Origin: an uncultured virus (IMG/VR IMGVR_UViG_3300034082_002556)
Taxonomy: Duplodnaviria; Heunggongvirae; Uroviricota; Caudoviricetes
Strand: one strand, 5' to 3'
IMG/VR virus record: IMGVR_UViG_3300034082_002556
DNA: 54,353 nucleotides
The notes under the pieces were generated by a model. The model had not been told where the DNA came from and searched no databases. It worked only from the letters and a program-made list of their open reading frames with translations. Made by a program: the position numbers and the translations under genes. This document shows positions 1 through 10,705 of the stretch, piece by piece (position 1 is the stretch's first letter; the number at the start of each line of letters is the position of its first letter).

Positions 1-312
1 CGCAACATATTTGAAAATTGGCCACAGTGGCGAATGTTGCTTAAATTTCCCGATGACCATGCAACAACTGATGTGGTTTATGCCATGGCGGCAGTGATTG
101 TGGGAGTGGAAAATGTCACATTACCAGCAGAACTAGGTCCAAGTATTGTGCACATGAAAAGACACATCCAGCCAATACACAGCAATAACTGGACACAGGA
201 ACTGGTATGGGAACACACTAATCCTGGACTACGCATCAATTCAGTAGCTCAGACTGGTATGTTTCATTATCACGTCAAGGATTGGTTAGAACATGACTCA
301 AGCAACAACTGA
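1..312 (+). CDS. 5'-truncated protein, possibly glycosyltransferase-like
   Basis: Frame is open from base 1 (RNIFENWPQWRM...); lies at the head of a GT-rich cluster. Confidence 0.5.
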   Translation, partial: RNIFENWPQWRMLLKFPDDHATTDVVYAMAAVIVGVENVTLPAELGPSIVHMKRHIQPIHSNNWTQELVWEHTNPGLRINSVAQTGMFHYHVKDWLEHDSSNN

Positions 313-643
313 TAACTTCTGGGCTGCACTAACTGCCTGGAATCCACCTGCACCTGCACCTGTATTCTATCGGTTATATTACAATGACCAAGGACGGCCG
401 TTATTCTACACCATGGAAGACTTGCCCGGTAACTACATAGAAGTTGATCTAGAAACCTATTTAATCAGCCCCACAAACGCACGAGTGGTCGACGGCCACC
501 TAGTGCTAATTGAGACTCGACAATTTAATAAATTACGTCCTGGACAGGATGGCACATGTTGTGACCCAACCAATGTGGCCATTGTGGTAGAGCCTAGCGA
601 ACCACACATCAAATGGAGTTTGAATAACCATGCACAAGATTGA
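293..643 (+). CDS. hypothetical protein
   Basis: 116-aa ORF overlapping both neighbours. Confidence 0.7.
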   Translation: MTQATTDNFWAALTAWNPPAPAPVFYRLYYNDQGRPLFYTMEDLPGNYIEVDLETYLISPTNARVVDGHLVLIETRQFNKLRPGQDGTCCDPTNVAIVVEPSEPHIKWSLNNHAQD

Positions 644-1556
644 TATTGCAGATCTAGACTGCATATATTTAAGTTACGACGAACCACAAAAAGAAGAGTT
701 CTGGGTCAAAATCAAAAACATGATTCCCTGGGCCAAACGTGTGGATGGAGTCCAAGGTAGTGATGCGGCACACAAGGCCGCTGCCGCTGCCAGTGATACT
801 GAACGTTTTGTTTTGATTGATGGTGATAATTTACCTGATGAAAAATTCTTTAACCTGACTATAGAATACCAAGACACCGACTGGGAAAATGCAGTGTATC
901 GCTGGCGTGCTCGTAACCACATCAATGGGCTCATGTATGGCAACGGTGGTATCAGTAGCTGGACACGTAAGTTTGTCAATGACATGAAAACACACGAAGC
1001 AACAGATGGGCGTACCGAAACTCAAGTGGAGTTCTGTTTTGATCCCTTGTACTGGAGCATGTACGATTGTTATTCAACCACATACCCCAACGGCTCGCCC
1101 AAGCACGCCTGGCGTGCCGGCTTTAGGGAAGGGGTCAAGATGTGCCTGGACCGTGGCCGACGTCCCACAGTAGTTGAATTCCGTGACCGTGTGCATCAAC
1201 GCAACCTTGATCATCTTACCATATGGCAAAACGTTGGGTTGGATGTTGACCAGGGTGCGTGGGCCATTGCTGGTGCTAGAATGGGCACATACATGACCAT
1301 GCTAACTGACTGGGACTATAGAGATGTGCAGAGCTTTGATGCATTGGACCAGCTTTGGAAATCTATCCAGGGAGTGGATTCGGCTGAATTGATTGTGAGA
1401 TATCAAGAGCAGTTGCACACTCAGTTGGACCTGCCAATGAATACTTTGCTACACAAAGAAAGTGAATTCTTTAAACATCACTATCGTAGCAACTGGCACA
1501 ACCGTGGTGTAATGACACGAGAGATAGATGTTATCAGACAACAAGAAGGTTGGTAA
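630..1556 (+). CDS. GT-A-like glycosyltransferase-related phage protein
   Basis: DCIYLSYDEP start, IDGD (DxD) motif, AWRAGFREG; resembles the C-terminal part of 16838..18454. Confidence 0.6.
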   Translation: MHKIDIADLDCIYLSYDEPQKEEFWVKIKNMIPWAKRVDGVQGSDAAHKAAAAASDTERFVLIDGDNLPDEKFFNLTIEYQDTDWENAVYRWRARNHINGLMYGNGGISSWTRKFVNDMKTHEATDGRTETQVEFCFDPLYWSMYDCYSTTYPNGSPKHAWRAGFREGVKMCLDRGRRPTVVEFRDRVHQRNLDHLTIWQNVGLDVDQGAWAIAGARMGTYMTMLTDWDYRDVQSFDALDQLWKSIQGVDSAELIVRYQEQLHTQLDLPMNTLLHKESEFFKHHYRSNWHNRGVMTREIDVIRQQEGW

Positions 1557-1559
1557 CAC

Positions 1560-2054
1560 ATGAGTTGGCGGATCCAGCAGTTGCAAGGACTTGGCTGCAA
1601 CATCTTGCAAGACAAATATCTTGTTGATTTTGTAAAACAACACAGCATTACTAGCCTGGAACTGCACGGCGACAATGATGTTGAGTACTTTCAGTCTCAG
1701 TTGCCAGATTGCAAAATTGGAACAGTGCACAACACTGGATTGCTGGCAGTGTTTGTGAATCAACTTGATAACAAACTAGAAGAGGTATTGCTGGCAATTG
1801 ATAAAAAAATACAAGCTGCCAACCCAGACTGGGTTTACATAGCAATTAACAAATACTTAATAACCACTGACCAACACTGGCATAATCTCACGGACAATTA
1901 TGACCAGGACCTGATTGACATAGTTAGTTTGTCTCTACTGCCGTTGAATTTTGTAAAAATCAAACAGTCTTACATTGAACACGATGATGGCACACATTTT
2001 AATTTTGTTCATCCAACAACAAACATGTATTATGAAAAAAAATTATGCATGTAA
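1560..2054 (+). CDS. hypothetical protein
   Basis: 164-aa ORF in a tightly packed operon. Confidence 0.65.
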   Translation: MSWRIQQLQGLGCNILQDKYLVDFVKQHSITSLELHGDNDVEYFQSQLPDCKIGTVHNTGLLAVFVNQLDNKLEEVLLAIDKKIQAANPDWVYIAINKYLITTDQHWHNLTDNYDQDLIDIVSLSLLPLNFVKIKQSYIEHDDGTHFNFVHPTTNMYYEKKLCM

Positions 2055-2596
2055 AACAAAAATTATTTGCCTGGAGAGTGTACAAAGCACTACATCCTTT
2101 ATTGAGATTTAGAAAAATATCGCCTGTCCCAGTGGCATTTATTAAAAACAACATGGTCAACGGCAGCACCATGTCAATTGATAGTTTCCCGTACACACTG
2201 CCCAAAGATATACAGATTGACAAAATAATTGAATTAACAGACTCACAAGTGATATGGAATAAATTACATGTGCACAATGTCAGTTTTGTTGATTCGTACA
2301 ACCATGTACCAGACTCAATTCAGTACAACAACATAATTTTAGCAGGCCTAACTGAATTTAGATACCGGACTGTGGCTGATTGTGCCAGAGTTATTGGCAA
2401 ACTTGTTCCTGTATTAAAACAAAATGGGCGTGTTATAGTGACAATTCCAATTACCACGTTGTTGTTTCATAGATTAAAATTTTCGTACAATCAAGTGATT
2501 GATGAATTAAATTTACATCTGGCATCAAGCGGATTGACCATAACAGACAGATTATTGGACATTGACATTTTTTACATAACAGCAACACAATTATGA
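2045..2596 (+). CDS. hypothetical protein (possibly degenerate methyltransferase fold)
   Basis: 183-aa ORF; VLKQNGRVIVT resembles the LKPGG post-motif of class I methyltransferases. Confidence 0.55.
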   Translation: MHVKQKLFAWRVYKALHPLLRFRKISPVPVAFIKNNMVNGSTMSIDSFPYTLPKDIQIDKIIELTDSQVIWNKLHVHNVSFVDSYNHVPDSIQYNNIILAGLTEFRYRTVADCARVIGKLVPVLKQNGRVIVTIPITTLLFHRLKFSYNQVIDELNLHLASSGLTITDRLLDIDIFYITATQL

Positions 2597-4509
2597 TCAT
2601 AGCATTTTACCCCGGCGCAGGTGGAAACAGATACTACCAATATCTAACAGGAACAACGGAATTCACCAGTCACACCACCTATGATCATTTGCTTAAAAAT
2701 CAACGTTTTGAATACCGTTACCTAACAGCAGACTCAGTCTTGCCAGATCAGGACCTGATACTCACACACTGTGTAAATGCTCCGTTGTTGAGTCGGTTGT
2801 TTCCGGGACAGAAAATCACAATCATCAAGTCTGATTTGGGTAGCAGTCTACAACGAGAGTGGTATCTAGAGGATCAGTATCGTGACAAAGACATGCCCGG
2901 CAAATTAGAGCATGCCAAGGCACATGTATCGTACCATAAAAAATATTACACTGAATATCCACTGGACACAACCGGCGCTGACATCATTGTCAACATCTCC
3001 CTGGATCAGTCTGACTTTGCTCAAATGATGCGAATGGAATTGGCAACAATCAACAGTGTGGAATATCAACAGGCCATTGCAGAATATCAACCGCATGATC
3101 TGACTCAGGTGTCTGGGGATAAAATTGTGGATGGATTCAAAAGCAAGTTTCTTGACGATGCCGAAACCATGAAACAACGACTGGACACAGTAAGTCCCAG
3201 CATGTGTCTAGCCAAGTGGAAACAGGTTAGTCTGCACCTGGCCACAGGCCTCAATAACAGTTGTTACCATCCACCATTGCATGAAATTCGTCTCGAAGAC
3301 ATCAAGCGAGGCCCAAGCGGATTGCACAATACTGAACACAAAAAACAACAGCGTAAATTAATGCTTGATGGTGTGCGCCCTGCAGAATGCAGTTATTGCT
3401 GGACCATGGAGGATAACGGCAAGCTGAGTGATCGGCATTACCGCAGCGGAGAATCTTGGGCTGAAAAAGATTTTGGAAAAATTGTAAGCGCAAACTGGGA
3501 CGATGATATTGTGCCTAGTTATGTAGAAGTCAATTTCAATCATGCTTGCAATCTACGCTGTAGTTACTGCTCTCCTCAGTTTAGTTCTAGTTGGGCTGAT
3601 GAGATTGCTAGACAGGGAGGTTACCCCACCAGTACCGAGCATAACTCACCGTCTCACTTTGTTGGAACTCGAACTCCAATTCCTGTGAGAGAAAACAATC
3701 CCTACGTTGAAGCGTTTTGGCAGTGGTGGCCTACTCTGTACCCTGAACTGGTGCACTTTCGCATGACCGGCGGCGAACCGCTCATGGACAAAAACACTTA
3801 TAGAGTGTTTGACTATGTGATTCAAAACCCGTCAAAGCAACTACACTTGAATGTCACAAGTAACTTTTCAGTAGACCAAGTGCTATTTGACAAATATCTA
3901 ACAGCAGTACAAAACATTTGTGACGGGCGCATAGAACACTTTATGCAATATGTCTCCTTGGACGGATGGGGCTCACAAGCAGAGTACATGCGTCATGGCA
4001 TGGATTTTGATCTAGTTTGGAGTAGAGTAGATCAATACCTGACTCAAGTGCCCAGTTACAACAGCCTGACGTTTATTATCACAATGAACAATCTCTCTGT
4101 GAGTAGTCTGCCACAACTGCTTGAAGGCATACTAGAACTACGCCGCAAGCACAGCACCACATATCAGCGTGTGTGGTTTGATACGCCTGTACTGCGCGAC
4201 CCTGCATGGCAAAGCTTGCAAATTTTGCCTGAATCTTATGCACAAAAATTAGAGGACATTAGAGATTGGATGAGCACACACTTGACCACACCCGACAACC
4301 CTTATCATGGATTCAAGGACTACGAAGTGGCACGTTTGGACAGAGACATTGCCTGGATGCGCAGTGGCCAAACTGCTGATCACAATGTGGCACGAGCAGA
4401 TTTTTATCGTTTTTTTACTGAACACGATCGCCGCCGCAACACAGATTTTTTAAAGACCTTTCCCGAAATGCGAGCCTGGTGGGCAGAATGTGAATACAAT
4501 GCTAGATAA
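2593..4509 (+). CDS. radical SAM protein with N-terminal sulfotransferase/P-loop-like domain and Cys-rich twitch-like domain
   Basis: CNLRCSYC, TGGEP, SLDG; upstream C..KW/SCYHP/CSYC; N-terminal YPGAGG. Confidence 0.85.
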   Translation: MIIAFYPGAGGNRYYQYLTGTTEFTSHTTYDHLLKNQRFEYRYLTADSVLPDQDLILTHCVNAPLLSRLFPGQKITIIKSDLGSSLQREWYLEDQYRDKDMPGKLEHAKAHVSYHKKYYTEYPLDTTGADIIVNISLDQSDFAQMMRMELATINSVEYQQAIAEYQPHDLTQVSGDKIVDGFKSKFLDDAETMKQRLDTVSPSMCLAKWKQVSLHLATGLNNSCYHPPLHEIRLEDIKRGPSGLHNTEHKKQQRKLMLDGVRPAECSYCWTMEDNGKLSDRHYRSGESWAEKDFGKIVSANWDDDIVPSYVEVNFNHACNLRCSYCSPQFSSSWADEIARQGGYPTSTEHNSPSHFVGTRTPIPVRENNPYVEAFWQWWPTLYPELVHFRMTGGEPLMDKNTYRVFDYVIQNPSKQLHLNVTSNFSVDQVLFDKYLTAVQNICDGRIEHFMQYVSLDGWGSQAEYMRHGMDFDLVWSRVDQYLTQVPSYNSLTFIITMNNLSVSSLPQLLEGILELRRKHSTTYQRVWFDTPVLRDPAWQSLQILPESYAQKLEDIRDWMSTHLTTPDNPYHGFKDYEVARLDRDIAWMRSGQTADHNVARADFYRFFTEHDRRRNTDFLKTFPEMRAWWAECEYNAR

Positions 4510-5641
4510 TCGTAAACTTATACTTGATACAATGTGCGAAGTTTATGATCAATTAAAGCCCTGGCTGGATGATCATTTCTACAATTTCAACAAGCACAAC
4601 ATAGTACCAGGCGCCATTTATGTAATTGGCCGCGCACAATATAATTTAAATAAAGATCGAATCAGAGAGTTAGTGACCTCCAACACAATCAGTGTTGTGT
4701 TGAGCAATCCAGCCGAAGGCAGCGAGACATTAAAAGCACACTGCGAGCATGTGCACAACTGCGCGGATCTAATACAATCCGGACGTGTGTTATTGGTTGG
4801 TGGTGGGGACATGGATGAAACCTGGCCCTGTTTACTGTATGATAGTTTCTTGCCCAAGATACACGACTATGAAGAAAACATCGCTGCTATTACACAAGCA
4901 CAGGCGCTGTACTCAACCACTAACAAGCCCTATAAGTTTTTGTTTCTAAATGGGCGTATTCGTGGGCATCGTAAGTTTCTAATAGAAAAACTCAATATCA
5001 TGGGCCTGCTAGATCAGAGTTTATGGAGTTGCTTGGAGGGCGGGCTTGGTGGCAAAATTAATTTGTCTGTGCCATTTAATGGTCAAGATCTAATGCTCAC
5101 ACATCGAGATCCGCATCTTTTACCGGCTCATTATGAAGTTGATCGATACAGTGTCAATGTAGATCGCAACCTAGGACACGGCTACATCAAATTTGGGTTG
5201 TTTAATCAAGAATGGGGAGAAATATATCTCAAGGCCGATCCCTATATCGACACCTACTTTAGTCTAGTATCAGAAACAGTGTTTGAATATCCGTATTCAT
5301 TTAGAACTGAAAAGATATGGAAGCCTGTGGCCATGGGACATCCTTGGATAGCAGCAGCCAATCGCGGATACTATCGCGACATGCGTAACCTAGGCTTCAA
5401 GACATTTGGGCATGTGATTGACGAAAGTTTTGATTTGATTGACAACAGCCAGGATCGACTCACACGTATTACACAGGTAGTTGAAGATTTGTGTGCTCAG
5501 AATCTAGATGAATTCCTTGCGGCCTGCTCCAGCGTATGTAAATACAATCAACAGCACATGTTAGAACTGCGTGACACTGTGCGTGATGAATTCCCCGAGC
5601 GTTTTCGTCAATTTCTTAAAGAAAACAAATTTAATGACTGA
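4490..5641 (+). CDS. glycosyltransferase-like protein (SLVSET...TEK family)
   Basis: FLNGRIRGHR, SLVSET, RTEKIWKP, GFKTF...DESFD; paralog of 14555..15733 and 15730..16839. Confidence 0.6.
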   Translation: MNTMLDNRKLILDTMCEVYDQLKPWLDDHFYNFNKHNIVPGAIYVIGRAQYNLNKDRIRELVTSNTISVVLSNPAEGSETLKAHCEHVHNCADLIQSGRVLLVGGGDMDETWPCLLYDSFLPKIHDYEENIAAITQAQALYSTTNKPYKFLFLNGRIRGHRKFLIEKLNIMGLLDQSLWSCLEGGLGGKINLSVPFNGQDLMLTHRDPHLLPAHYEVDRYSVNVDRNLGHGYIKFGLFNQEWGEIYLKADPYIDTYFSLVSETVFEYPYSFRTEKIWKPVAMGHPWIAAANRGYYRDMRNLGFKTFGHVIDESFDLIDNSQDRLTRITQVVEDLCAQNLDEFLAACSSVCKYNQQHMLELRDTVRDEFPERFRQFLKENKFND

Positions 5642-6965
5642 TTTAGATTTTAAACACACAGTACTGGACAAACTGTCTAACAGTTTTTGTGCTGCCAAAT
5701 GGTACAACGCCACTATATGGCTAGGAAGTGGGCAAACTACCAGTTGTCATCACCCACTGCCGCATGCAATTGACGTTGAAGAGATCAAGTTAAACCCCAG
5801 CGCACTGCACAACACTACCAAAAAGAAAATGGAACGTGAGCAAATGCAACGGGGAGAACGTCCCAGCGGCTGTGAATATTGCTGGAAGGTAGAGGACATT
5901 GGTCGTGACAACATCAGCGACCGTGTGTACAAAAGTAAAATTTACGAAATAAAGGATTTGAAACATGCTTACGCAACTCCAGCCCGTGAAGACTTTAATC
6001 TCAAAACATTGGAAATTGCTTTTGATCGCACTTGCCAGTTTGCTTGTAGTTACTGTAATCCTGCTTTCAGCACTACATGGGTTAACGACATTAAACGAAA
6101 CGGGGCATACACAGGACTTGTATCAGACGGGCGCAATCACTTTACTCATACTCATGATAGCAGCCAATTGTATAAATTCGGTGAGGTTAATCCTTATGTG
6201 GAAGCGTTCCACCAATGGTGGGAGTCAGACCTCCACAGAACACTACAAGAGCTAAGGATCACCGGTGGTGAACCCTTGATGAGTGCCGAAACATGGCGAC
6301 TAATTGAGTGGTTTAAAACCAACAAAGGCAAGAGTACCACACGCTTGGCCATTAACAGTAACCTAGGCACCGATGTTGATGTTGATCGCCTGTTAACTGC
6401 TATTGATGGTGTGGAAGTAGACCTATACACTTCAAACGAAGCAATGAGTTTACAAGCAGAATACATTCGTGATGGCCTGGTATTTGACGACTGGGCAAAC
6501 AATGTAGAACGTTTGTTAAGCTCGGGCAAGTTCCGTGGCCTACACGTTATGTGTACCATTAATGCACTGTGCTTGACTACACTGGATTCATTTTTAGAGT
6601 GTGTGCTGAATTGGAAGCGCGAATACGGAAATGATTCCATTAATGTCAGCTTGAATATTCTACGTTTCCCTAGTTTCCAAAGCCCGTTAGTGTTACCCGA
6701 TCATTTACGCCAAGAACTTCAACAGCGATTGGTCCAGGTCATGGTTGATAATAAAGGATCAAGCTTGTTCCAGGAATTTGAGTGGAATCAATTACAACGC
6801 CTAGTAGACTATTTAGATGTGGTCAAAACACCACATGCCGGAGCCGCTGAACAATCAGTGCTACAGCAAGACTTCAAACAGTTCTACACACAGTACGACA
6901 ACCGCAGGGGTAAAAACTTTGCGGATGCATTTCCGGAACTGACCGAGTGGTATAATTCACTATAA
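5634..6965 (+). CDS. radical SAM protein with N-terminal twitch-like domain
   Basis: CQFACSYC, TGGEP; start moved to ATG 5634 overlapping the upstream stop region. Confidence 0.85.
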   Translation: MTDLDFKHTVLDKLSNSFCAAKWYNATIWLGSGQTTSCHHPLPHAIDVEEIKLNPSALHNTTKKKMEREQMQRGERPSGCEYCWKVEDIGRDNISDRVYKSKIYEIKDLKHAYATPAREDFNLKTLEIAFDRTCQFACSYCNPAFSTTWVNDIKRNGAYTGLVSDGRNHFTHTHDSSQLYKFGEVNPYVEAFHQWWESDLHRTLQELRITGGEPLMSAETWRLIEWFKTNKGKSTTRLAINSNLGTDVDVDRLLTAIDGVEVDLYTSNEAMSLQAEYIRDGLVFDDWANNVERLLSSGKFRGLHVMCTINALCLTTLDSFLECVLNWKREYGNDSINVSLNILRFPSFQSPLVLPDHLRQELQQRLVQVMVDNKGSSLFQEFEWNQLQRLVDYLDVVKTPHAGAAEQSVLQQDFKQFYTQYDNRRGKNFADAFPELTEWYNSL

Positions 6966-8224
6966 TGACATACAATTACAACTCAACAGATCTAGTACAT
7001 GCCACAGAGCTGACCGAGCGTGAGGAATTTTTATTAAAAGATTCAAAAACGTTTTGTATCTATCCTTGGATACACTTACACGCATACCCCACAGGCGAAG
7101 CATATCCTTGCTGTCATGCTGAAATGAAGCCGGGTGTGGTAGGCAACTGTAGAACCAACACACTTGAGGAAATCTGGCGCGGCAAACCCATGCAAAAGCT
7201 ACGTGCAGATATGTTAAGCGAAACGCCCAATGCTGCCTGCACACGTTGCTACGAGCAAGAAGAATCGGGGTTCTTTAGTGGCCGTAAGAGCGCCAATAAA
7301 CATCACGGGCATCAGATCAAGAAGTTGGAAGACAACCCGTTTGAAATGACTTACTGGGACATTCGTTTCAGCAACTTGTGTAACCTAAGTTGCCGTAGCT
7401 GTGGCCATATCTTTAGTTCAAGCTGGTATCAAGATCAAGCCAAGTTAGCTGGCGGAGATTGGAAAGCACAAAACAAAGTATTAAACTACGCAGGCCGCAC
7501 AGAAACAGACATGTGGACTCAATTGATTCCCCATTTAGACTATGTGGAACAAATATACTTTGCCGGGGGTGAACCATTATTAATGGAAGAACACTACAAT
7601 ATCCTGGAAGAACTGGTTCGACGTGGGCGCACAGATGTCAGACTGATATACAACACAAACTTCACACATACAGACCTTAAAGGTCGCAGTGTATTTGAAT
7701 ACTGGAAGCAATTTAAATCAGTTGCAGTGGGTGCCAGCCTGGACGACATGGGCTCACGCGGTGAATACATACGTAAAGGCACAGACTGGGGTGTGGTGCG
7801 CCAGAACCGTATAGATATGTTGGCCACATGTCCCGACGTGGATTTTTACATCTCGCCTACACTAAGCATCATGAATGCAATGCATCTGTCAGAGTTTCAT
7901 CGTGCTTGGGTAGACCAAGGATTGATTCGCGCACAAGATCTCAATGTAAACATACTACAAGATCCACAGCACTACAGGATTGATATTGCTCCGTTGAAAT
8001 ACAAAGCACAGTTACACGCAAAGTGGACACAGCATCTAGAATGGCTTCGTCCCCAGGATCGCCTGGGTCGTGCCACCCAAGGATTTGAGTCAGCTATTAC
8101 GTTTATGAACGCAACAGATAATACTCATTTAATTGATACATTCTGGCGCAAAACACATGAGCTAGATACCATTAGAAAAGAAAACATTCTAGATGTGATC
8201 CCAGAATTAAAGGCCCTAAAATGA
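6965..8224 (+). CDS. radical SAM protein with N-terminal SPASM/twitch-like domain
   Basis: FCIYPW..G..YPCC..CTRC, then CNLSCRSC, AGGEP. Confidence 0.9.
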   Translation: MTYNYNSTDLVHATELTEREEFLLKDSKTFCIYPWIHLHAYPTGEAYPCCHAEMKPGVVGNCRTNTLEEIWRGKPMQKLRADMLSETPNAACTRCYEQEESGFFSGRKSANKHHGHQIKKLEDNPFEMTYWDIRFSNLCNLSCRSCGHIFSSSWYQDQAKLAGGDWKAQNKVLNYAGRTETDMWTQLIPHLDYVEQIYFAGGEPLLMEEHYNILEELVRRGRTDVRLIYNTNFTHTDLKGRSVFEYWKQFKSVAVGASLDDMGSRGEYIRKGTDWGVVRQNRIDMLATCPDVDFYISPTLSIMNAMHLSEFHRAWVDQGLIRAQDLNVNILQDPQHYRIDIAPLKYKAQLHAKWTQHLEWLRPQDRLGRATQGFESAITFMNATDNTHLIDTFWRKTHELDTIRKENILDVIPELKALK

Positions 8225-9429
8225 ACCTGCCTCATGAGAAGTTTTGTGTATTGCCCTGGGTCAGTCTGGAAGCCAGTCCCATAGGAACTGTGCGTCCTTG
8301 CTGTCTAGCTGATGATGAGCTGGTGGATGATGCTGGTCAAAAGTTCTCATTGTTAACTGCTGACTTTGCCTCTGTGCAAAATTCCAAATCAATGCAATCT
8401 CTGCGTGAACAATTCCTTCAGGGGCAACAGCCCAAAACATGCCGCAAGTGCTGGAACGAGGAAGATGCTGGCCGCACCAGCAAACGCATGCACACCCTGG
8501 ACAGACTCAAACACATGGGCATTGATACAGACTGGACAGCACATGCCAAGCCCCTGATGTTCTTGGATTTAAAACTAGGCAACATTTGCAATTTAAAATG
8601 CCGTATATGTGGATCGTGGAGTAGCAGTCAATTTGCCACAGAAGAACTGAGCTTTTTGCCACGTGAGGAACAAAAGCAGTCATTTCATTATCAGATGCTA
8701 CGTGCCGGGGCTTGGCCTAGGGACAACAAGAATTTTTGGCAGGAAATTGATTCAATATTGAGTCAGATCAAATATATTGAATTCACCGGTGGCGAGCCAT
8801 TTATGATTCAGGAACATTTTGACATGTTGCAAGGCATGGTGGATCGTGGCATTGCTGGCAACGTGGAAATACATTACAACACAAATGGAACACAATTCCC
8901 AGATCAAGCACCGTCAATTTGGAAACATTTTAAAACTGTGGAAATTGCCATCAGCATCGACGATGTGGGGTCAAGATTTGAATATCAACGCACCAACGCC
9001 AGTTGGCCCAAGGTAGTAGATAATCTTGATCGTTTTCGGGCGTTAAGGACTCAAATGCCCAACCTACAGTTGCAATGCTGTAGTACTGTGAATATCTTTA
9101 ATGTGTGCTATCTTGAAGACACTGCATTGTGGATCAGCCTACAGGACTTTGACTTTGTGTACTGGAATATCATGCATGATGCTTGGTATTTTAGTGTGGC
9201 TGCTTTGCCTGCACATGCCAAGCTAGAAATCACACAGTACCTACAACAAGCCAGTACAGAATATCGTGCTGACTTTGATGGAATCATTGATTTTATGAAT
9301 CAAGGAACCAGCACTTCGGGTGAGAGAATCTGCGCAGAAATACGCCAATTGGATCAACGTCGTGACACTGATTTAAAATGGGCCATACCCAAATTGTCGC
9401 AATTGCTGAATTATGTCAAAAACATCTAG
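8221..9429 (+). CDS. radical SAM protein with N-terminal SPASM/twitch-like domain
   Basis: FCVLPW..G..RPCC..CRKC, then CNLKCRIC, TGGEP, YNTNG. Confidence 0.9.
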   Translation: MNLPHEKFCVLPWVSLEASPIGTVRPCCLADDELVDDAGQKFSLLTADFASVQNSKSMQSLREQFLQGQQPKTCRKCWNEEDAGRTSKRMHTLDRLKHMGIDTDWTAHAKPLMFLDLKLGNICNLKCRICGSWSSSQFATEELSFLPREEQKQSFHYQMLRAGAWPRDNKNFWQEIDSILSQIKYIEFTGGEPFMIQEHFDMLQGMVDRGIAGNVEIHYNTNGTQFPDQAPSIWKHFKTVEIAISIDDVGSRFEYQRTNASWPKVVDNLDRFRALRTQMPNLQLQCCSTVNIFNVCYLEDTALWISLQDFDFVYWNIMHDAWYFSVAALPAHAKLEITQYLQQASTEYRADFDGIIDFMNQGTSTSGERICAEIRQLDQRRDTDLKWAIPKLSQLLNYVKNI

Positions 9430-10705
9430 TCTTTGCCTGGCCCCGTGGACTCACACATACCTGAGTCCGCAAACCGAACGGCGGCTGTGCTGTGCGTCTA
9501 GAGAACCTGCGCAAAACTTTCGTCAGTATATTGACACTGCGGCAGGTTCTGGGCAATACATACCAATAACACTGGAACAACACTGGAACGGTGACCACAT
9601 GCGCAGTGTGCGCCAACGCATGCTGGCCGGGGAATCCTTGCCCGAGTGTGAAGTATGCAATGACAAACTGCTGAATACCAGTGTGTACCGAGATTACTTT
9701 TGGCATTTGTTCCAACACAAACTAGATCAAGTATATGAATCAACAGACCAATCAGGATCTACAACCATGCGGCCAGTGTCGTGGGACTATAGATTTTCGA
9801 ACTTGTGCAATTTCAAGTGTAGAATGTGTGGTGACATGTTATCCAGCAGTTGGGAAGCCGAGCAAAAAACACACAACATGGTTGACTGGACCAACTCTAA
9901 AAACAATTGGCAATTGCCGGAAATACGTGAACAAATATCTCAATTTCAAGACCAGCAAATCGAAGCAGAATTCTCCACAGCAGTAGAACAGCACAGTGTG
10001 GAGGAAATATACTGGGTGGGCGGCGAACCACTCATGTACGAACAGCACTGGCGTTATATGCAACGCATAATTGAATTAGGGGATGGAGGGCAAGTATATG
10101 CTAGATACAATACCAATCTTAGCCGTGTTAATTATAGGGGGTGTAATCTTTACAGTGATATTTTGGATCATGTACGAGATTGGCAAATTTGCGCGAGCCT
10201 TGACGGCACTGGAGCAATCGGTGAATACATTAGAACAGGGCTTGACTACCAGCAGTTTAGACACAACTTTGAAGCAGGATTATCACACCAACGTCACCGC
10301 AGACAAATGCGATTAGATTTCACACTCACGCTGCCGGGCATGTTTGAAGTTGAGAACATACAGCAGTTGGCACAGGAATACAATGTGGACTTGTTGGCCA
10401 AGGTCATATTCAGCTTTGGACCAGATATTATCATGAGTCCACTGGCATTGCCAAGATCGCTATTGGAAGACTGGATTGATGAATTGATTCCAAACTGTAC
10501 AGAGCCCGCCATGCGCGATGTGCTGGCACAGTTAAAAACACGCCCAACGTTTGAAGAACAATGGCCGGATACCTATCAGAAAGAGCTTGCAAAAGGCAAA
10601 GCTCGTGTGTTACAATTAGAAAACATTCGCACAGCAAAGACATCAATGTCAGACATACTGAGTGCAAGACCCAAGATAAAGAAATGGTGGGATGAAATTG
10701 CTTGA
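9413..10705 (+). CDS. radical SAM protein with N-terminal SPASM/twitch-like domain
   Basis: LCLAPW..RLCC..CEVC, then CNFKCRMC, VGGEP, SLDG. Confidence 0.9.
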   Translation: MSKTSSLCLAPWTHTYLSPQTERRLCCASREPAQNFRQYIDTAAGSGQYIPITLEQHWNGDHMRSVRQRMLAGESLPECEVCNDKLLNTSVYRDYFWHLFQHKLDQVYESTDQSGSTTMRPVSWDYRFSNLCNFKCRMCGDMLSSSWEAEQKTHNMVDWTNSKNNWQLPEIREQISQFQDQQIEAEFSTAVEQHSVEEIYWVGGEPLMYEQHWRYMQRIIELGDGGQVYARYNTNLSRVNYRGCNLYSDILDHVRDWQICASLDGTGAIGEYIRTGLDYQQFRHNFEAGLSHQRHRRQMRLDFTLTLPGMFEVENIQQLAQEYNVDLLAKVIFSFGPDIIMSPLALPRSLLEDWIDELIPNCTEPAMRDVLAQLKTRPTFEEQWPDTYQKELAKGKARVLQLENIRTAKTSMSDILSARPKIKKWWDEIA

